From: Phyllobates terribilis | Lineage: Eukaryota | Assembly (NCBI RefSeq): GCF_046119375.1 | Contig: NW_027362761.1 | Span: 322,028,001 to 322,092,000, forward strand | Length of the DNA: 64,000 nt | Direction: 5' to 3' | In this document: positions 61,995 to 64,000 of the stretch, one piece after another | Layout: each line of letters opens with the position of its first letter | Position numbering within the stretch: the first letter of the stretch is position 1 | Made by a program: the position numbers and the translations under genes | The notes under the pieces: model-generated | What the model was told of the DNA's origin: nothing | Seen by the model: the letters and a program-made list of their open reading frames with translations, nothing else | The model's database searches: none

Positions 61995-63390
61995 AGGGAA
62001 CCTGTCATGTAAAATAATGCTATTAACATGCAGGTTAATAGTGTTCTGACACTGTGCGGCCACCGCGCTGAGAACCCCGCTGCCAGGATGAAATTTATTT
62101 TATTTTACCCCGGCAGCCTTGCTCTTTCAGTAATAAGGGTGACACCGGCACGATTTGGCTAAGTGCTCACGATGCAGAAATGCTGCATATTTTTTCCGCA
62201 TCTCCCTGGCAGGAAAAACGCATGCGGATTTTACATGCGTTTTTCCTGCCAGGTAGAAGCGTTTGTCAAGCATTTTTGCATGCATTTTTTAATGAGGGTT
62301 ATCAAGCGCTTTCCCAAGCGATCTGAGAATCACTTGGAAAAGTGCTTGACAACTTGGTCACACTATATAAATCCATGCAAACGGCATGGATTTATATAGT
62401 GTGACCAAGTAATAGTTAAAAAAAAGAATAAAAATGGTAAAAAATAAAAAAATAAACATTATACTCACCTTCTGATGGCCCGCGGTCTTCTCTCCGATGC
62501 GTCCGGTTGCTCGTACGACTCACGGTGATGTAAAAGGACCTTCCAGGACGTCATTTAGTCATGTGACAGGTACGTGACCGCCGACGTCAGCGGTCGCGTG
62601 ACCTGTCACATGACTAAGTGACGTCATAGAAGGTCCTTTTACGCCATCGCGAGCCACCGGGGAGCCAGGACGCACCACAGAGGAGACCGGGGGACATCGG
62701 AAGGTGAGTATAATGTATATTTTTTATTTATTTTAAATTCTTTTTTTTAACAGGTACTATGGTACCCGGGTCTGGAGGAGAGTCTCCTATTCTCCAGACC
62801 CGGGTACAATCCGCACATTGAATCGCTTAATATCCGTATGTGCACATGTACTCATGCGGATATTAAGCTATTCAATGCAAGTCAATGGCAGCAATTACGC
62901 TGCATGTCCACAAAATCAATGGATATGCTGTGGATTTTTCCGCAATGATAATCCGCAGCGGAAATTTCCGCAGCATGTGCACAGCACATGCAGATTATCA
63001 TTGGGGACCATGGGGCACATATTACCAAGCGTTTTTAAAGCATTTTCGCTGTGGAAATTCCGCGGCAAAAACGCTTGAAAAGCGCATAGTGGGAATGCAG
63101 CCTTTCAGTCACAGCCCAATGAATAGAGATAGGCAAGCTCATTATTAGGACCACTGTCAGAAGTGTCAGGTGTGATTACAGCGGCCACTCACTATGCACT
63201 GAGCAATGATTTAAACTGTGAAGGCGCCACCCCTATGAATGAAAAGAGTGAAGTTGCCAGAGGGAGTAAAGTTTATTTCCTCCCAGCAGCGAGGCTCTCA
63301 GTGCGGTCACACAGTGTCAGAAAACTATTAACCTGCAGATTAACCCCATATCTGTAGGATAATAGTGTTCTTTTACATGACAAGTTCCCT
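61995..63390. mobile_element. T2/Kolobok-like MITE interrupted by a Harbinger-like MITE
   Basis: TTAA-AGGGAACCTGTCATGTAAAA...TTTTACATGACAAGTTCCCT-TTAA. Confidence 0.85.
62157..63102. mobile_element. Harbinger-like MITE (family of the 28066 element), nested
   Basis: GGCTAAGTGCTCACG...GTGGGAATGCAGCC flanked by TTT/TTT. Internal hairpin core at about 62460-62710. Confidence 0.8.
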
Positions 63391-63457
63391 TTAAAACTGC
63401 TGACTCCTGGGTGTCTCACAAAAGCATTTCGATATAATACATAGCCCCCAATACCAC

Positions 63458-63762
63458 CATGGGATGTGGAGTTTGTAAGCCAAACCTCTGACTCCAGACT
63501 CTTCAATTTCCATGACACAGACTCCAACTCCCTCATACATGGCTCATGTGATAAATTTACTGTAGCACAGATTCATCTCAGCTAAAAGTCTAGACCCTTA
63601 GATCATGAATAGGACATCTCATAACTTTCCCAAATTCTTATGAAAAAAATATTCCCCATAAACTGCATTGAACTACTGTACCCAATTTATTATATATTTT
63701 AGGAATTGAAGTCGGTCCATTTCATTCCGACTCCACCAAAATGGACAGACTCCACAGCCCTG
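63458..63762. mobile_element. hAT-like MITE with a perfect 8-bp TSD
   Basis: AATACCAC-CATGGGATGTGGAG...ACTCCACAGCCCTG-AATACCAC. Confidence 0.9.
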
Positions 63763-63866
63763 AATACCACTCTATATAAATCTATGAATGAAGAGTAAGG
63801 ATAAATACAGTTCCTTAGTAGAAATACAAGAAATCAAGCCCATTTAAAGCTTTTTTGCCCCATTAA

Positions 63867-64000
63867 CCGCTTTCCGACCGCCCACTGTACATAAACGTCA
63901 GCGATTGCTGGGCTCTGTTCAGCGCCGCCGTTTATAAACAGTCAGTGGTCCCTCAGCCCTCAGGACCCCCAGGGTCCTGCAAGCGCTGCGGGTGCGGTGC
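63867..64000 (-). mobile_element. End of another piggyBac-like copy running out of the window
   Basis: TTAA-CCGCTTTCCGACCGCCCAC... is the reverse complement of about 43000-43132. Confidence 0.8.

Overview
Non-coding, repeat-saturated vertebrate genomic DNA. The repeat landscape (TTAA-targeted T2/Kolobok-like and piggyBac-like elements, Harbinger-like and hAT-like palindromic MITEs, a V-SINE-like element) suggests a frog, which is an inference and not a database result. I could not identify a host protein-coding gene, and most ORFs in the track are artefacts of palindromic MITEs. The main structure is a decayed class I (epsilon-like) endogenous retrovirus at 48304-59951. It has a tRNA-His PBS, gag/pol/env remnants and an unexpected RanBP2-type zinc-finger remnant in gag. 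Its 3' LTR is split by a DD35E (Traveler-like) Tc1 transposon and by a 3.5-kb piggyBac-like element that carries its own nested MITE. A second, less visible theme is four unrelated minimal hammerhead-ribozyme-like cassettes of Penelope type (about 8.2, 9.9, 16.5 and 37.5 kb). Three of them sit in inverted-arm structures and one shows an A3-U8 covariation. Other notable items are a 2.85-kb four-element palindrome (29754-32607) and a recurring MITE architecture of outward-facing splice donors around a CRE/E-box core. No rRNA, intact tRNA gene or CRISPR array was seen. All coordinates were read by eye and may be off by a few bases.
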